Shown in pieces: positions 38,993 to 48,088 of a stretch of 50,702 nucleotides of DNA. Source of the stretch: Minisyncoccota bacterium (GTDB lineage Bacteria > Patescibacteriota > Minisyncoccia > Minisyncoccales > UBA10102); contig DASWIZ010000007.1 of the NCBI GenBank assembly GCA_036397395.1, forward strand, positions 1 through 50,702, given 5' to 3'. The first letter of the stretch is position 1. Each line of letters opens with the position of its first letter. The translations under genes and the position numbers were made by a program. Below the pieces are notes generated by a model. It saw only the letters and a program-made list of their open reading frames with translations. It was not told where the DNA came from and searched no databases.

Positions 38993-39907
38993 TTATTTTG
39001 CAAACCCCCCAATGTATTCGTAAACTGCGGTAGCGGCCACCGCCCCCATAGCAGCGGCTGTAATATCTTGTTTAAATTCTCCAAAATGCCTGGTTGTATC
39101 GCCCGCCGCAAATATGCCCGGCACGTTTGTACTCATCATATTATCTACTTTTACAAAGTTTTTCTCGTCGAGCTCCAGTCCCAGCTGCTTGGCAAGCGTA
39201 GTGTCGGGATCGAATCCGATTTCAATAAACATGCCATCTACTACCAGATCTTTCCCGCCAGACAGAACCAGTTTTTCTAACATATTCTTGCCCACGATTT
39301 CTTTCACCTCGGTTTCTAGTAACACTTCCACTTTATTTCCCAGCTTTTCCATGCGTTCTGCGTTTACGGGTTCCGCGTGCACCTTGTCTCCCCGTACTAT
39401 AAGATACACTTTTTCTGCATATTCTGCCAGGAAATTCACTCCTTTTACCGAAGAATCTCCCCCGCCCACCATGGCCACAGTTTTGCCGCCATACAAAGGA
39501 CCATCACATGTCCAGCAATAATGCACGCCTTTTCCGGTAAGCTCTTTTTCGTTGGACAGATTCAAATGTCGTCTCCGTGAACCGATCGCCAAAATTACGG
39601 CTGTGGCCTCGTATGCTTCACCATCTTCCATTATAACCTTCCAGTCTTCCCCCGCTTTTTCAATCCCAACAGCCTTTCCATCTTTCATTTCAGCGCCGGA
39701 ATCCTTTACCTGCTCTTTCATTATTTTCATTAGCTCATAACCGTCCAAAGGCTGCACGCCAGGATAGTTTTCAATGCTTCCCGCCGTGCTGGTTTCACCG
39801 CCAAACTCGCCCGTTACAACCAGCGTTTTTAACTTATACCTGCCAGCATACAATGCCGCCGCCAACCCCGCCGCCCCCGATCCCACAACAATTAGATCGT
39901 ATTGCAT
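38993..39907 (-). CDS. trxB: thioredoxin-disulfide reductase
   Basis: YDLIVVGSGAAGLAAA, redox centre CWTCDG (usually CATCDG), GGGDSS, and GIFAAGD. Confidence 0.85.
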   Translation of the reverse strand: MQYDLIVVGSGAAGLAAALYAGRYKLKTLVVTGEFGGETSTAGSIENYPGVQPLDGYELMKIMKEQVKDSGAEMKDGKAVGIEKAGEDWKVIMEDGEAYEATAVILAIGSRRRHLNLSNEKELTGKGVHYCWTCDGPLYGGKTVAMVGGGDSSVKGVNFLAEYAEKVYLIVRGDKVHAEPVNAERMEKLGNKVEVLLETEVKEIVGKNMLEKLVLSGGKDLVVDGMFIEIGFDPDTTLAKQLGLELDEKNFVKVDNMMSTNVPGIFAAGDTTRHFGEFKQDITAAAMGAVAATAVYEYIGGFAK

Positions 39908-39921
39908 GCTTCTATTGTATC

Positions 39922-41844
39922 TTACGATATTACCTTCTGCAAGGTTTCCTGGTCGAACGACAAATAAAACGCGCTGTTGATAAGGCCGATATGCGTGTAG
40001 GCCTGGGGGAAATTGCCGAGAAATTCCTTGGTTTTGGGGTCGATTTCTTCTGAATACAGACCGAGGTGGTTGCGGTAACTCAAAAGCTTTTCAAAAAGTT
40101 CTTGCGCTTTTTCTTTCTCTCCCGCAAACGTCAGGGCATCCACCATCCAGAAAGAACAAAGCAAAAAAGCGCCTTCGCTCCCCGGCATCCCATCGTCTGG
40201 TGAATTCGTGTACCTCCGGTACAGCCCCGGGGCTAGGGAAAGCTCGCTCTCAATGGCTTTGATAGTCGAAAGCATTTTGGGATCATCACCTTTGATAAAC
40301 CCAAACACGGGCATTAAAAGGGCTGCCGCATCAAAACTTTCTGACCCAAAACTTTGTACAAATGACTGTCGTTTCTCTGACCACCCCTGTTCCATAATCT
40401 GTTTGCGAATCTCGTCTCTTTCTTTCTTCCACAACTCTGTTTCCGCGTCGTACCCGTAGGCTTCTACCAGTTTTAAGGCGCGGTCTAACGCCACCCAGCA
40501 CATAAGTTTAGAGTGCGTAAAATGTCGTTTGCCTCCGCGCACCTCCCATAGTCCTTTATCGGGCTCCCGCCAAATGTTTACCACATGGTTTGTCAGCGCC
40601 CGCATTGTAACCCAAAGCTGCGGGCTTAACGCATAGTTGTTGCGCATGCGGTGCAAACGCCACATCATATTCAAAATTCCCCCGTAAATGTCCCACTGGC
40701 GCTGAATGTAAGCTCCGTTTCCGATACGCACGGGTTTTGATCCCATATATCCGTCTAAATGCTCCAGTGTTTCTTCCACAAGGTTTTTTTGTCCGCGCAG
40801 GCCGTACATAATCTGTAATGTTTCCGGGCCGTCTTCCACGCTGCCGCATTCATGAATTAACCACCGTACATATTCATCTGCTTCTTTTATATACCCTAAC
40901 CAAAACAAAGCCTGCAGGGTAAAGGCGGAATCTCGAATCCAGGAAAACCGATAATCCCAGTTTCTGCCGCTTCCGATTTCTTCCGGCAAAGAAGTGGTGG
41001 CGGCAGCGGCTATGGAGCCCGGCGGCTCCAAAAATAAAATTTTCAAAACCAAAGAAGAGCGCATTACCGCCTCGTGGTAAGGATACTCAATTAAGCACGT
41101 TTCCAAGTCGCACCGGTGCACCCACTCTTGCCAAAACTGCTTGGTTTCCTGTATGTCGTGTTCGTAATAAGCATCTGTTTTGTCCGGAACTTCCGTGGTG
41201 TTATACAGAAACGTAAGATAGTGTTTTTCGCCTTCTTTCATGTCCAAATAAGCCACGGCCCTGTCTTGCTCTTCAATGTGCGCATCTACTTTTTCAATGG
41301 TATAGTTTGCTTTTGAAACAAGAATTCCCTTTTTATTGCCGTTTTCCGCGGCCACCCCGCCGGGCACCACAGAAAGTGTTGTTTTTCCCTTTGCATAGTT
41401 AAACCGAGGCTGAAAAAATACTTTTACGCGGCATTTCCCTTTTATACAGGTTATTCTGCGTTGAATCTCCAAAACTTCCTCCTCTTCTGAAGGAGGCTGT
41501 TTTATTCCATTTTCAATGTGAAAAGACCCGAGCGACCCATTTCCGTTTCCAAAGTGGTTCCGTATGGGCAAACAGTCTGCCAGCTCAAGTACGCCTTGTT
41601 TGGTGGTAAAACGCGTAACAAGAATGTTTGTTTCCGGCATATATTCCTGTTCAGAAGTAAATTCTTCGGTGGGCTGCACAGCCCAAAAACCTCCTTTTGT
41701 ATAGTCTAAAATTGCGGCAAAAACAGACGGGGAATCCAAAAAGGGCGCTGGCGCCCAGTCGATTGTCCCGTCTTTTGCCACTAAAGCTGCGGACCTGCGG
41801 TTTCCTATAATGGCGTAATCTTGAATAGGTTTATACTTTGGCAT
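39922..41844 (-). CDS. glycoside hydrolase family 15 (glucoamylase/glucodextranase-like)
   Basis: YAIIGNRRSAALV, NWDYRFSWIRDSAFT, and GLYSEEIDP near the C-terminus. Confidence 0.85.
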   Translation of the reverse strand: MPKYKPIQDYAIIGNRRSAALVAKDGTIDWAPAPFLDSPSVFAAILDYTKGGFWAVQPTEEFTSEQEYMPETNILVTRFTTKQGVLELADCLPIRNHFGNGNGSLGSFHIENGIKQPPSEEEEVLEIQRRITCIKGKCRVKVFFQPRFNYAKGKTTLSVVPGGVAAENGNKKGILVSKANYTIEKVDAHIEEQDRAVAYLDMKEGEKHYLTFLYNTTEVPDKTDAYYEHDIQETKQFWQEWVHRCDLETCLIEYPYHEAVMRSSLVLKILFLEPPGSIAAAATTSLPEEIGSGRNWDYRFSWIRDSAFTLQALFWLGYIKEADEYVRWLIHECGSVEDGPETLQIMYGLRGQKNLVEETLEHLDGYMGSKPVRIGNGAYIQRQWDIYGGILNMMWRLHRMRNNYALSPQLWVTMRALTNHVVNIWREPDKGLWEVRGGKRHFTHSKLMCWVALDRALKLVEAYGYDAETELWKKERDEIRKQIMEQGWSEKRQSFVQSFGSESFDAAALLMPVFGFIKGDDPKMLSTIKAIESELSLAPGLYRRYTNSPDDGMPGSEGAFLLCSFWMVDALTFAGEKEKAQELFEKLLSYRNHLGLYSEEIDPKTKEFLGNFPQAYTHIGLINSAFYLSFDQETLQKVIS

Positions 41845-42716
41845 TATTTCAATAAACTATTCCAATCTTCCGCGAATGTATCTACCCCTTTATCCGTCAA
41901 ATCATGGGAAATGTCAAACGCCCGCCAATCTTGCTCCAGGCTTATTTCTTTGTACGGAATTTCACGCAGGCCTTCTGGTTTGTATTGAAAATCACCTGCC
42001 GGCAGGCCAAGGCCGCCCTCTCCCCATTCTTTGAGAACTTTCCATGGAGCAGTTACGATATCAGAACCAAGCTGAATGGCCGCGAGAAGATGATCAAGAC
42101 TTCGCACGGAGGCTACAAGCACTTCCACATGCCCGTCACCCTGCTTGTACATTTGTATAATATTCTTTATAAGCTGCATGCCGTTTTCTCCGCGGTCGTC
42201 CAAACGGCCGATAAACGGCGAAAGAAACGCATCTCCCTTTTTTGCCCCGCGGGTGGCCGCGTACACGGCCGCGGCCTGCTGCTGGAAAAACACCAGGGTC
42301 ATGTTTACCCGCATGCCCTCTGCAATACTTAAACGCGCCGCCTCCAGCCCTGTTACAGTGGTGGGGTATTTAATGTGCGCGCCTGCCCCGAGCGAAGTCG
42401 AGGGGTTCGAAATCCAGGAAAACATTCTCTTTCCCTGCTTGAGCATTTCTTCGGCGCTTGTGTTTTTGTCTGCGTATACCTCAATCGACACAGAACCTTC
42501 GGGTATCAACCCCGAAACTTCCTGCACCACTTCTTTATAAAATCCGAGGAGCTCCTCTTTCGTGAACTTTTTCCGCGCAGTCTCCGGATTTTTCGAAATG
42601 AGCGACGGATTCGTCGTCTGCCCGTCCAAAAACCCGAGCAATTTAATTGCCTTTTTTGTCTCGTCGGGATCCCCGCTGTCCAAAAATATTTTCGTTTTCA
42701 AATTCTTCGGCCTCAT
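41844..42716 (-). CDS. tal: transaldolase-family protein with in-frame GC-rich insert
   Basis: IFLDSGDPDE and DGQTTNPSLI; the Schiff-base Lys context is HIKYPTT. The segment NPSTSLGAGA is encoded by the element at 42381-42405. Confidence 0.8.
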   Translation of the reverse strand: MRPKNLKTKIFLDSGDPDETKKAIKLLGFLDGQTTNPSLISKNPETARKKFTKEELLGFYKEVVQEVSGLIPEGSVSIEVYADKNTSAEEMLKQGKRMFSWISNPSTSLGAGAHIKYPTTVTGLEAARLSIAEGMRVNMTLVFFQQQAAAVYAATRGAKKGDAFLSPFIGRLDDRGENGMQLIKNIIQMYKQGDGHVEVLVASVRSLDHLLAAIQLGSDIVTAPWKVLKEWGEGGLGLPAGDFQYKPEGLREIPYKEISLEQDWRAFDISHDLTDKGVDTFAEDWNSLLK

Positions 42717-42723
42717 ATATTTA

Positions 42724-42744
42724 TACTAAGGCTAAGCCTTATAC
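42724..42744. repeat. REP1 palindrome, degenerate copy B
   Basis: The core TAAGGCT-a-AGCCTTA is intact; the arms are mutated (TACTAAGGCTAAGCCTTATAC). Confidence 0.55.
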
Positions 42745-42748
42745 GACT

Positions 42749-43072
42749 TTATGCTGTTACTTTCTTGCGACGAAAAAATTTTCGAAAGAGAAATTCTAAA
42801 ATCGCACCGAAAACAACAAAAGATAACAATGTCAGTGTTAAGAGAAGGAACCAAGGAAGAAACGGTAAAACACCAGATACTATTATCAACGGAAAGTATA
42901 CTGGTATGCCAAGCAGGGCAAACGTCCATCCCCAGCCTTCAGTGCAAATTCCTACCTGAAAAATATCACATATATCTCTTAGGTAAGCATAAATAAACAA
43001 TATAGAGCCAGAATAGAGCAGTCCGATGGTCGCCCCTATTTTATACTTCCACAAAAACCGTAAAATTCGCAT
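42749..43072 (-). CDS. small membrane protein (107 aa)
   Basis: Three hydrophobic helices and a basic C-terminus. It is flanked by REP1 copies B and C. Confidence 0.5.
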   Translation of the reverse strand: MRILRFLWKYKIGATIGLLYSGSILFIYAYLRDICDIFQVGICTEGWGWTFALLGIPVYFPLIIVSGVLPFLPWFLLLTLTLLSFVVFGAILEFLFRKFFRRKKVTA

Positions 43073-43080
43073 ATTATTCG

Positions 43081-43110
43081 TAGTAAGGTAGTAAGGCTTA
43101 GCCTTACTAT
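43081..43110. repeat. REP1 palindrome, copy C, with a duplicated left half-site (inverted orientation)
   Basis: TAGTAAGG + TAGTAAGGCT-t-AGCCTTACTA. The central base t is complementary to that of copies A and D. It ends 4 nt before the RAYT stop codon. Confidence 0.85.
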
Positions 43111-43113
43111 AGC

Positions 43114-43833
43114 TTACTCAAGCATTAAATGCTCAATGGTGTTTATTTTTCGGGTTCGTAAAGAATTCTCGACAAATTCTTCGTATTTTGCCCGGTTCGG
43201 AAAAAGACTATGCGCGACACCCTTATCGATAATGGGTGATTCTCTTATTCCTAAGTACTCTTGTTGGGTGCCCCACGGATATGCTTCTGCAAATTGCATT
43301 ATACCTTGTATATTCTTCACGCCTTCCTCTTTTAAATTTGGTTCGATAAATTCTGCTGGATTTATCACATTAACATAAACAAGAAGATTTTGCAGGTATT
43401 CATCTGTATCTACCTGCACTACCTTGAACGGGCCTTGAAACAAGCTGCCTACTCGTTCGTACTTTTTATTAAAGTACATCGTAAAGCCCGTACCAAGCTT
43501 GTGCATAAACTTTGTAATGCCGCCTTCTACGAGCTCTTCAAGAATAAGATGATAATGGTTCGGCATCAAACAATCTGCCATAATGCGCACAAGAGAAGTT
43601 TCTTCTTTACTATTTTTCTCTAAAAACTCTTTAAGGATTCTAAAGTTCATTTTCCCGCGGTGTTCATGCTCCAACTTCCAAAGAAGGTTAAACGGACTCT
43701 TTTCTCTGTTAAACAAAAGTAAAGCCTGAAGAAATCGCCACCGGTCCGCATCGCCAAGAAAAATGTCTCGTTTTTCAACGCCTCGGTTATAGACGTGGTA
43801 GATGTAATTAGGGGCGAATTGAACCTTTCTCAT
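43114..43833 (-). CDS. Y1/HUH transposase, REP-associated tyrosine transposase (RAYT)-like
   Basis: YIYHVYNRGVEKRDIF, LMPNHYHLIL (HUH), GSLFQGPFK, and LLVYVNVINP (Tyr helix). 239 aa; it appears intact. Confidence 0.8.
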   Translation of the reverse strand: MRKVQFAPNYIYHVYNRGVEKRDIFLGDADRWRFLQALLLFNREKSPFNLLWKLEHEHRGKMNFRILKEFLEKNSKEETSLVRIMADCLMPNHYHLILEELVEGGITKFMHKLGTGFTMYFNKKYERVGSLFQGPFKVVQVDTDEYLQNLLVYVNVINPAEFIEPNLKEEGVKNIQGIMQFAEAYPWGTQQEYLGIRESPIIDKGVAHSLFPNRAKYEEFVENSLRTRKINTIEHLMLE

Positions 43834-43845
43834 CTCCTTGGTGTA

Positions 43846-43868
43846 TAGTAAGGCTAAGCCTTACTACG
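43846..43868. repeat. REP1 palindrome, copy D
   Basis: TAGTAAGGCT-a-AGCCTTACTA (43847-43867). It overlaps the pgl stop codon and lies 13 nt upstream of the RAYT ATG. Confidence 0.85.
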
Positions 43869-44580
43869 TAATGTCGGTAAACACGGCGACGTTTTTCATT
43901 TGGTGGATAACCCGGGCCGGGGTTTTGGCAAGGTCGCCCCTCTTTGCCAGCAGGCTGCGCAGGGCGCGGCGTTTATTGGAACCGGTTGCGTACACCACCG
44001 CGCAATCCACCTGATTTCGCAAAAAAGGAAGGGTAACGGTAATGCGCTTGGGGTACTCGCTTTTTTCTTTGGTGGCGTTATACCCCACCACCCACCTGCT
44101 GTCTTTTTCGAAAAACTGGGTAAACTTTTTCGGGTTTTCTGCGTACGGCATAATGCCGGCCGTGTGGCCGTCTTCTCCGATGCCCTGGGTAATAATAATC
44201 TTGCCCTTCGGATATTTCTTTTTCCAGCGCCTTAATCCGCGCTCTAACTTTTGGGCCAACCCATACAGGCTTATTTTTCGGTGTATTCTGGTATCTATGT
44301 AATCTATGCCTTTGCGTTCCGCTTTTTTGTAAAAATCGGTTTCCGCTACCTGCGAAAAATTGTTTACCGCGGGATCGCGCGAAAACCGTTCGTCCAGCGC
44401 CGCAATGGTCGTTCTTTTCCCAACGTACTTCATTTCCACGCCCGCCAGCAATTCTAAAGCGGAACCCCCGGATAGCATAAACAGTACTGGCTTTCTGCGC
44501 GCTTGGCGCAAACATTCGTTCAGCCTGTCTATTGCCTTTCTCATTGCCGTCTCCCTCGTCTTACTCCTGGAAATTTTCAT
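43864..44580 (-). CDS. pgl: 6-phosphogluconolactonase
   Basis: FMLSGGSALELL, ALDERF and GIGEDGHTAGIMP. Confidence 0.75.
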   Translation of the reverse strand: MKISRSKTRETAMRKAIDRLNECLRQARRKPVLFMLSGGSALELLAGVEMKYVGKRTTIAALDERFSRDPAVNNFSQVAETDFYKKAERKGIDYIDTRIHRKISLYGLAQKLERGLRRWKKKYPKGKIIITQGIGEDGHTAGIMPYAENPKKFTQFFEKDSRWVVGYNATKEKSEYPKRITVTLPFLRNQVDCAVVYATGSNKRRALRSLLAKRGDLAKTPARVIHQMKNVAVFTDIT

Positions 44581-44584
44581 GCAA

Positions 44585-46429
44585 CTACCGCAAAGCTTCT
44601 TTTATTTTTTTCATGATGGCGTCTTTGGAAATTTCTTCGTAATCGAGCAGTTCTTCGGATGTTCCGGATTTGGGCGTTTTTCTGACTGCGAGAACACGCA
44701 CCGGCGTGCCAAAGCCGGAAAGCGCGACGGCCACGGCTTCTCCCATTCCCCCTTCCGGGTAGTGGTCTTCCACCACAAAGATTGCTTCTGTTTCCCTCGC
44801 CGCTTTCTCGAGCGTGCGCTGGTCGAGCGGTTTTACCGAATAGAGATCAATCACGCGAACCGCAATCCCTTCTTTCTGCAAATCTGCGTACGCCCCAAGC
44901 GCTTCATGGAGCGTAATGCCGGCGGCTACAAGCGTTACTGCATCGTTCCCGCTCGCTTTCAGCGTTTTGCTTCCGCCTATGGGAAAACGCTCTGCGACAT
45001 CATACAAAATAGGGGTGTCCTGTCTTGTGGTACGGATATAGACATTTCCTTCATGGCGCACCGCTTCTTCTACAAGCCGCTCTGTCGCAACTTCGTCTGC
45101 CGGGTACAAAACCAGGCTATCGTGAAGAGTTCGAAAAAGCGCGATATCCTCCAAGCCCATTTGCGAGGCTCCGTCTTCGCCGATAGAAACTCCCGCGTGC
45201 GAACCTACGAACTTGATGTTCGCATCGGCGTACTGGGACATGCGAATTTGGTCGGCCGCTCTCGTGAAAAACGCCGCGAACGTGGAAACAAACGGAATTT
45301 TCCCGCGGCGCGACAGACCGATAGCGGCTCCCACCATGTTTTGCTCAGCAATGTACATTTCAAAAAACCGCTCGGGATACTTTGCCTTGAAAGTTTCCGC
45401 AAATGTGGAATTGCTTACTTCCGCGTCGAGCACTACCATGTTCGGAAATTCCGGGAATAGCCGCGTAATCGCGTTTCCGTACGCTTTGCGCGTTGCCAAA
45501 GGCTTTGCCGAATAGACAAGCGCGTCCGCAGGCCTTGCTTCCGCTATATGGGGATAATGGTCTTCGGGCTTGGCGACTTGCCCGCGCGCAAACCGATCCA
45601 CTTGGCCAAGTTCTGCGAGCGCTTTTTCATATTCTTCTCTGTTCAGGGCTTTTCCGTGCCAGCCGCCTTGGTCTTCCAGAAACGAAACTCCCTTGCCCTT
45701 GAACGTCTTTGCAATAACCATGGTAGGCCTCTCTCCCCCTCTCGTTGCCCCTGTATAGGCATCCAGAACCTCCTCAACATTATGGCCGTCGACAAGAATC
45801 GTGTGCCAGCCAAACGCCGCAATGCGCTTTTCGTATTCTTGCGCCTTATGGCCGTACATAGTTTCTCCGCGCTGGCCCAAACGGTTTACGTCGAGAATGC
45901 CCAGAAGATTGTCGAGCTTGTAATGGGCAGCCAGCTGCATGGCTTCCCATTGAGAGCCTTCTGCCATTTCGCTGTCGCCCAGCAGCACATACGTTCTATA
46001 AGGAAGTTTATCCACGTACTTTGCATTCAGGGCCATTCCCACTCCAATCGAAAGCCCCTGACCCAAAGAGCCGGTGCCAGCTTCCGTATAAGGAAACGCC
46101 ATGGTTGGATGCCCTTCCAAACGGCTCTGGAATTTCCGGTAGGTCCGCAACTCATCCTCGTCTATGGCGCCCGCGGCCGCGTATAGCGCGTAAAACAGGG
46201 GCGAAGCGTGGCCTTTGGAGAAAATGAGGCGGTCGTTGTTGGGGTGTTCAGGATCTTCAATATTCGCGCGAAACACGCCGCCGAACATAAGCGCGCACAT
46301 CAGCTCTACCGCCGACAGCGACGAAGTAGGATGCCCCGAACCAGCTTCCGTCGTCATCACCAAAATATAATACCGCATCAACTTCGCCAATTCCTCAAGT
46401 TTTTTTACATCCTGTGCCATACTAAACAC
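44585..46429 (-). CDS. tkt: transketolase
   Basis: GSGHPTSSLS, GHASPLFYA, LGQGLSIGVGMA, GDSEMAEGSQWEA and EDGASQMGLEDIA. Confidence 0.9.
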   Translation of the reverse strand: MFSMAQDVKKLEELAKLMRYYILVMTTEAGSGHPTSSLSAVELMCALMFGGVFRANIEDPEHPNNDRLIFSKGHASPLFYALYAAAGAIDEDELRTYRKFQSRLEGHPTMAFPYTEAGTGSLGQGLSIGVGMALNAKYVDKLPYRTYVLLGDSEMAEGSQWEAMQLAAHYKLDNLLGILDVNRLGQRGETMYGHKAQEYEKRIAAFGWHTILVDGHNVEEVLDAYTGATRGGERPTMVIAKTFKGKGVSFLEDQGGWHGKALNREEYEKALAELGQVDRFARGQVAKPEDHYPHIAEARPADALVYSAKPLATRKAYGNAITRLFPEFPNMVVLDAEVSNSTFAETFKAKYPERFFEMYIAEQNMVGAAIGLSRRGKIPFVSTFAAFFTRAADQIRMSQYADANIKFVGSHAGVSIGEDGASQMGLEDIALFRTLHDSLVLYPADEVATERLVEEAVRHEGNVYIRTTRQDTPILYDVAERFPIGGSKTLKASGNDAVTLVAAGITLHEALGAYADLQKEGIAVRVIDLYSVKPLDQRTLEKAARETEAIFVVEDHYPEGGMGEAVAVALSGFGTPVRVLAVRKTPKSGTSEELLDYEEISKDAIMKKIKEALR

Positions 46430-46481
46430 GTAGAAAGTTATGAACCTAAAAAGTTTACAAAAGAATTAAGTATATTACATA

Positions 46482-46501
46482 ATTAGTACGATCGTACTAA
46501 T
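46482..46501. promoter_or_regulatory. perfect 20-nt palindrome ATTAGTACGATCGTACTAAT (candidate operator) upstream of tkt
   Basis: It overlaps the -35 position of a TATACT box (minus strand) about 48 nt upstream of the tkt ATG. A near-identical copy is at 48059-48078. Confidence 0.5.
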
Positions 46502-46514
46502 CGTGTTATACCCT

Positions 46515-48020
46515 TCATTGAGTTATCGTAAAATTAACTCCGATGCTTGTTTTTTGCCACGCCGCCACATAGATTTTGTACGCTCCTGAAGTAAGCGTAA
46601 GCCACTCCTTGCAAGGAAGTCCGCTATACGAATTATCACTCTGGCAAAGAGGAGACCCCAAGATAACTTTGATAAACTTATAAGTTGATCCTTCTTTTCC
46701 GTAAAGAATGCCGCTTACGCCTTGGCCGTTTTCAATCCATGCGTTCAGATCCCCCTCAAATCCTACAAAATTGCATCCCCTGATTTCAACTTCTGTGCCT
46801 ATTGGACCAGAATCTGGTGAAATTGAAGTAATGGTGGGTCTCCCACTTCTGCAACTTGCCAAAATAGTGGCTTCTTGTGATTCAAAAAACCGAAGCGTGG
46901 AAAGAAAAGTCTTGAACAATGCTTGGTTATATGGATCATAATAACCACCCAGCATTGCAGAATCACCGATTCTGACACTTAAACTACTCGAACCATCGTC
47001 AAATAACGCTTCAACCCAAGCACCTGTTACGTCCCAATCAATCACGCCAGACATACCGTCTACGGTAAGTCGTTCGCATCGTGACGTTTCGTTTAAAGCG
47101 ATGGGACGAATACTCGTCAGATAATCCTCACAAAAACTTAGGTCTCTCTCGTTTGAATCAAACCAATTTATTTGAAGGCGATAAAAACCTTTACCGCCAG
47201 TCACCGCTGAAGGAGAGCCTCCAAATGTCCAATCGAGAGGATGTTTGTACTCAAAGCCATACATTTCAGAACGATACGTTTGCCAATTGGAGGTATCAAT
47301 TTGTGGTTCCCAAAACCGAAACGTGGAGAGGATTTGGTCAAAAGTATATTGATATCTGTTTACTGCTTCTTGCGAACCACCATTGAAGACAAACTGGGTA
47401 GAATAACCGTCTCTATTTATTAGTACGAAATCGCCCGTAACTGGGCCGAAATCAGGTTCTTGAATATATTTATCTTGATACTGATGTTGAGCCTTAACCT
47501 TGTATCGAACAGCAGGATATCCTCCAACTGTAAAATCTTGGATTTTAGTATAAATAATCCGATAAATAGTGGGTTGGTTGAGCGGTAGAATGAGCTGGTC
47601 GCCCACCTTTATCCCCTGCAATGCACTAAACAACTGTTCGCCGCCGGGGGGACTATCTATTCGTAACTCAACGTTCTCGACATCTTTTCCATTAAACCCC
47701 GAAGCTTTATTGGAAAACGCATATCGTCCTGCGTATCCTTCATCTGTGGCATTAAACCAATCCGATGGATACCTCATCTCAAACCCAAACTCGTCGTTGC
47801 GGTAGGTTTGCCAATCGCTTGTATCTATAACCTCGACTTGCGACGGCGGGGCTGGCGCTGGCGGCGGAACAGCGTGCTCTGTTTCTTCGGCAACGGGCTG
47901 TTCAGCCGGAGCCGGCGCTGTTCCGCGCAAAAGGAAAACCACGGCAACCACAAGGACAATCGCGGCAACACCCGCCAGCACCACAAACATTTTTATCTCC
48001 CCTTGAAATTCTTTTATCAT
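46515..48020 (-). CDS. secreted protein with two W-x-T-Y-R-x-x-x-x-G-F-E domains and a C-terminal IPT/TIG-like domain
   Basis: TM/signal anchor. DWQTYRNDEFGFEMRYPSDW and NWQTYRSEMYGFEYKHPLDW, as in 784..1437. PTITSISPDSGPIGTEVEIRGCNF is IPT/TIG-like. Confidence 0.65.
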   Translation of the reverse strand: MIKEFQGEIKMFVVLAGVAAIVLVVAVVFLLRGTAPAPAEQPVAEETEHAVPPPAPAPPSQVEVIDTSDWQTYRNDEFGFEMRYPSDWFNATDEGYAGRYAFSNKASGFNGKDVENVELRIDSPPGGEQLFSALQGIKVGDQLILPLNQPTIYRIIYTKIQDFTVGGYPAVRYKVKAQHQYQDKYIQEPDFGPVTGDFVLINRDGYSTQFVFNGGSQEAVNRYQYTFDQILSTFRFWEPQIDTSNWQTYRSEMYGFEYKHPLDWTFGGSPSAVTGGKGFYRLQINWFDSNERDLSFCEDYLTSIRPIALNETSRCERLTVDGMSGVIDWDVTGAWVEALFDDGSSSLSVRIGDSAMLGGYYDPYNQALFKTFLSTLRFFESQEATILASCRSGRPTITSISPDSGPIGTEVEIRGCNFVGFEGDLNAWIENGQGVSGILYGKEGSTYKFIKVILGSPLCQSDNSYSGLPCKEWLTLTSGAYKIYVAAWQKTSIGVNFTITQ

Positions 48021-48058
48021 AGAGTAGATATTTTAAGTTTATTATCGCTTGTTACGCG

Positions 48059-48078
48059 ATTAGTACGATCGTATTAAT
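48059..48078. promoter_or_regulatory. 20-nt palindrome ATTAGTACGATCGTATTAAT (candidate operator) upstream of 46515..48020
   Basis: One substitution relative to 46482-46501. It lies 39-58 nt upstream of the ATG at 48020 and 11 nt downstream of the PaaX-like gene. Confidence 0.5.
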
Positions 48079-48088
48079 TGTGTAATAC

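Larger units (their letters stand above)
43081..43868 (-). mobile_element. REPtron-like unit (REP1 / intact RAYT-like gene / inverted REP1)
   Basis: Gene 43114..43833 is bracketed within 4 and 13 nt by REP1 copies with complementary central bases. Confidence 0.6.
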
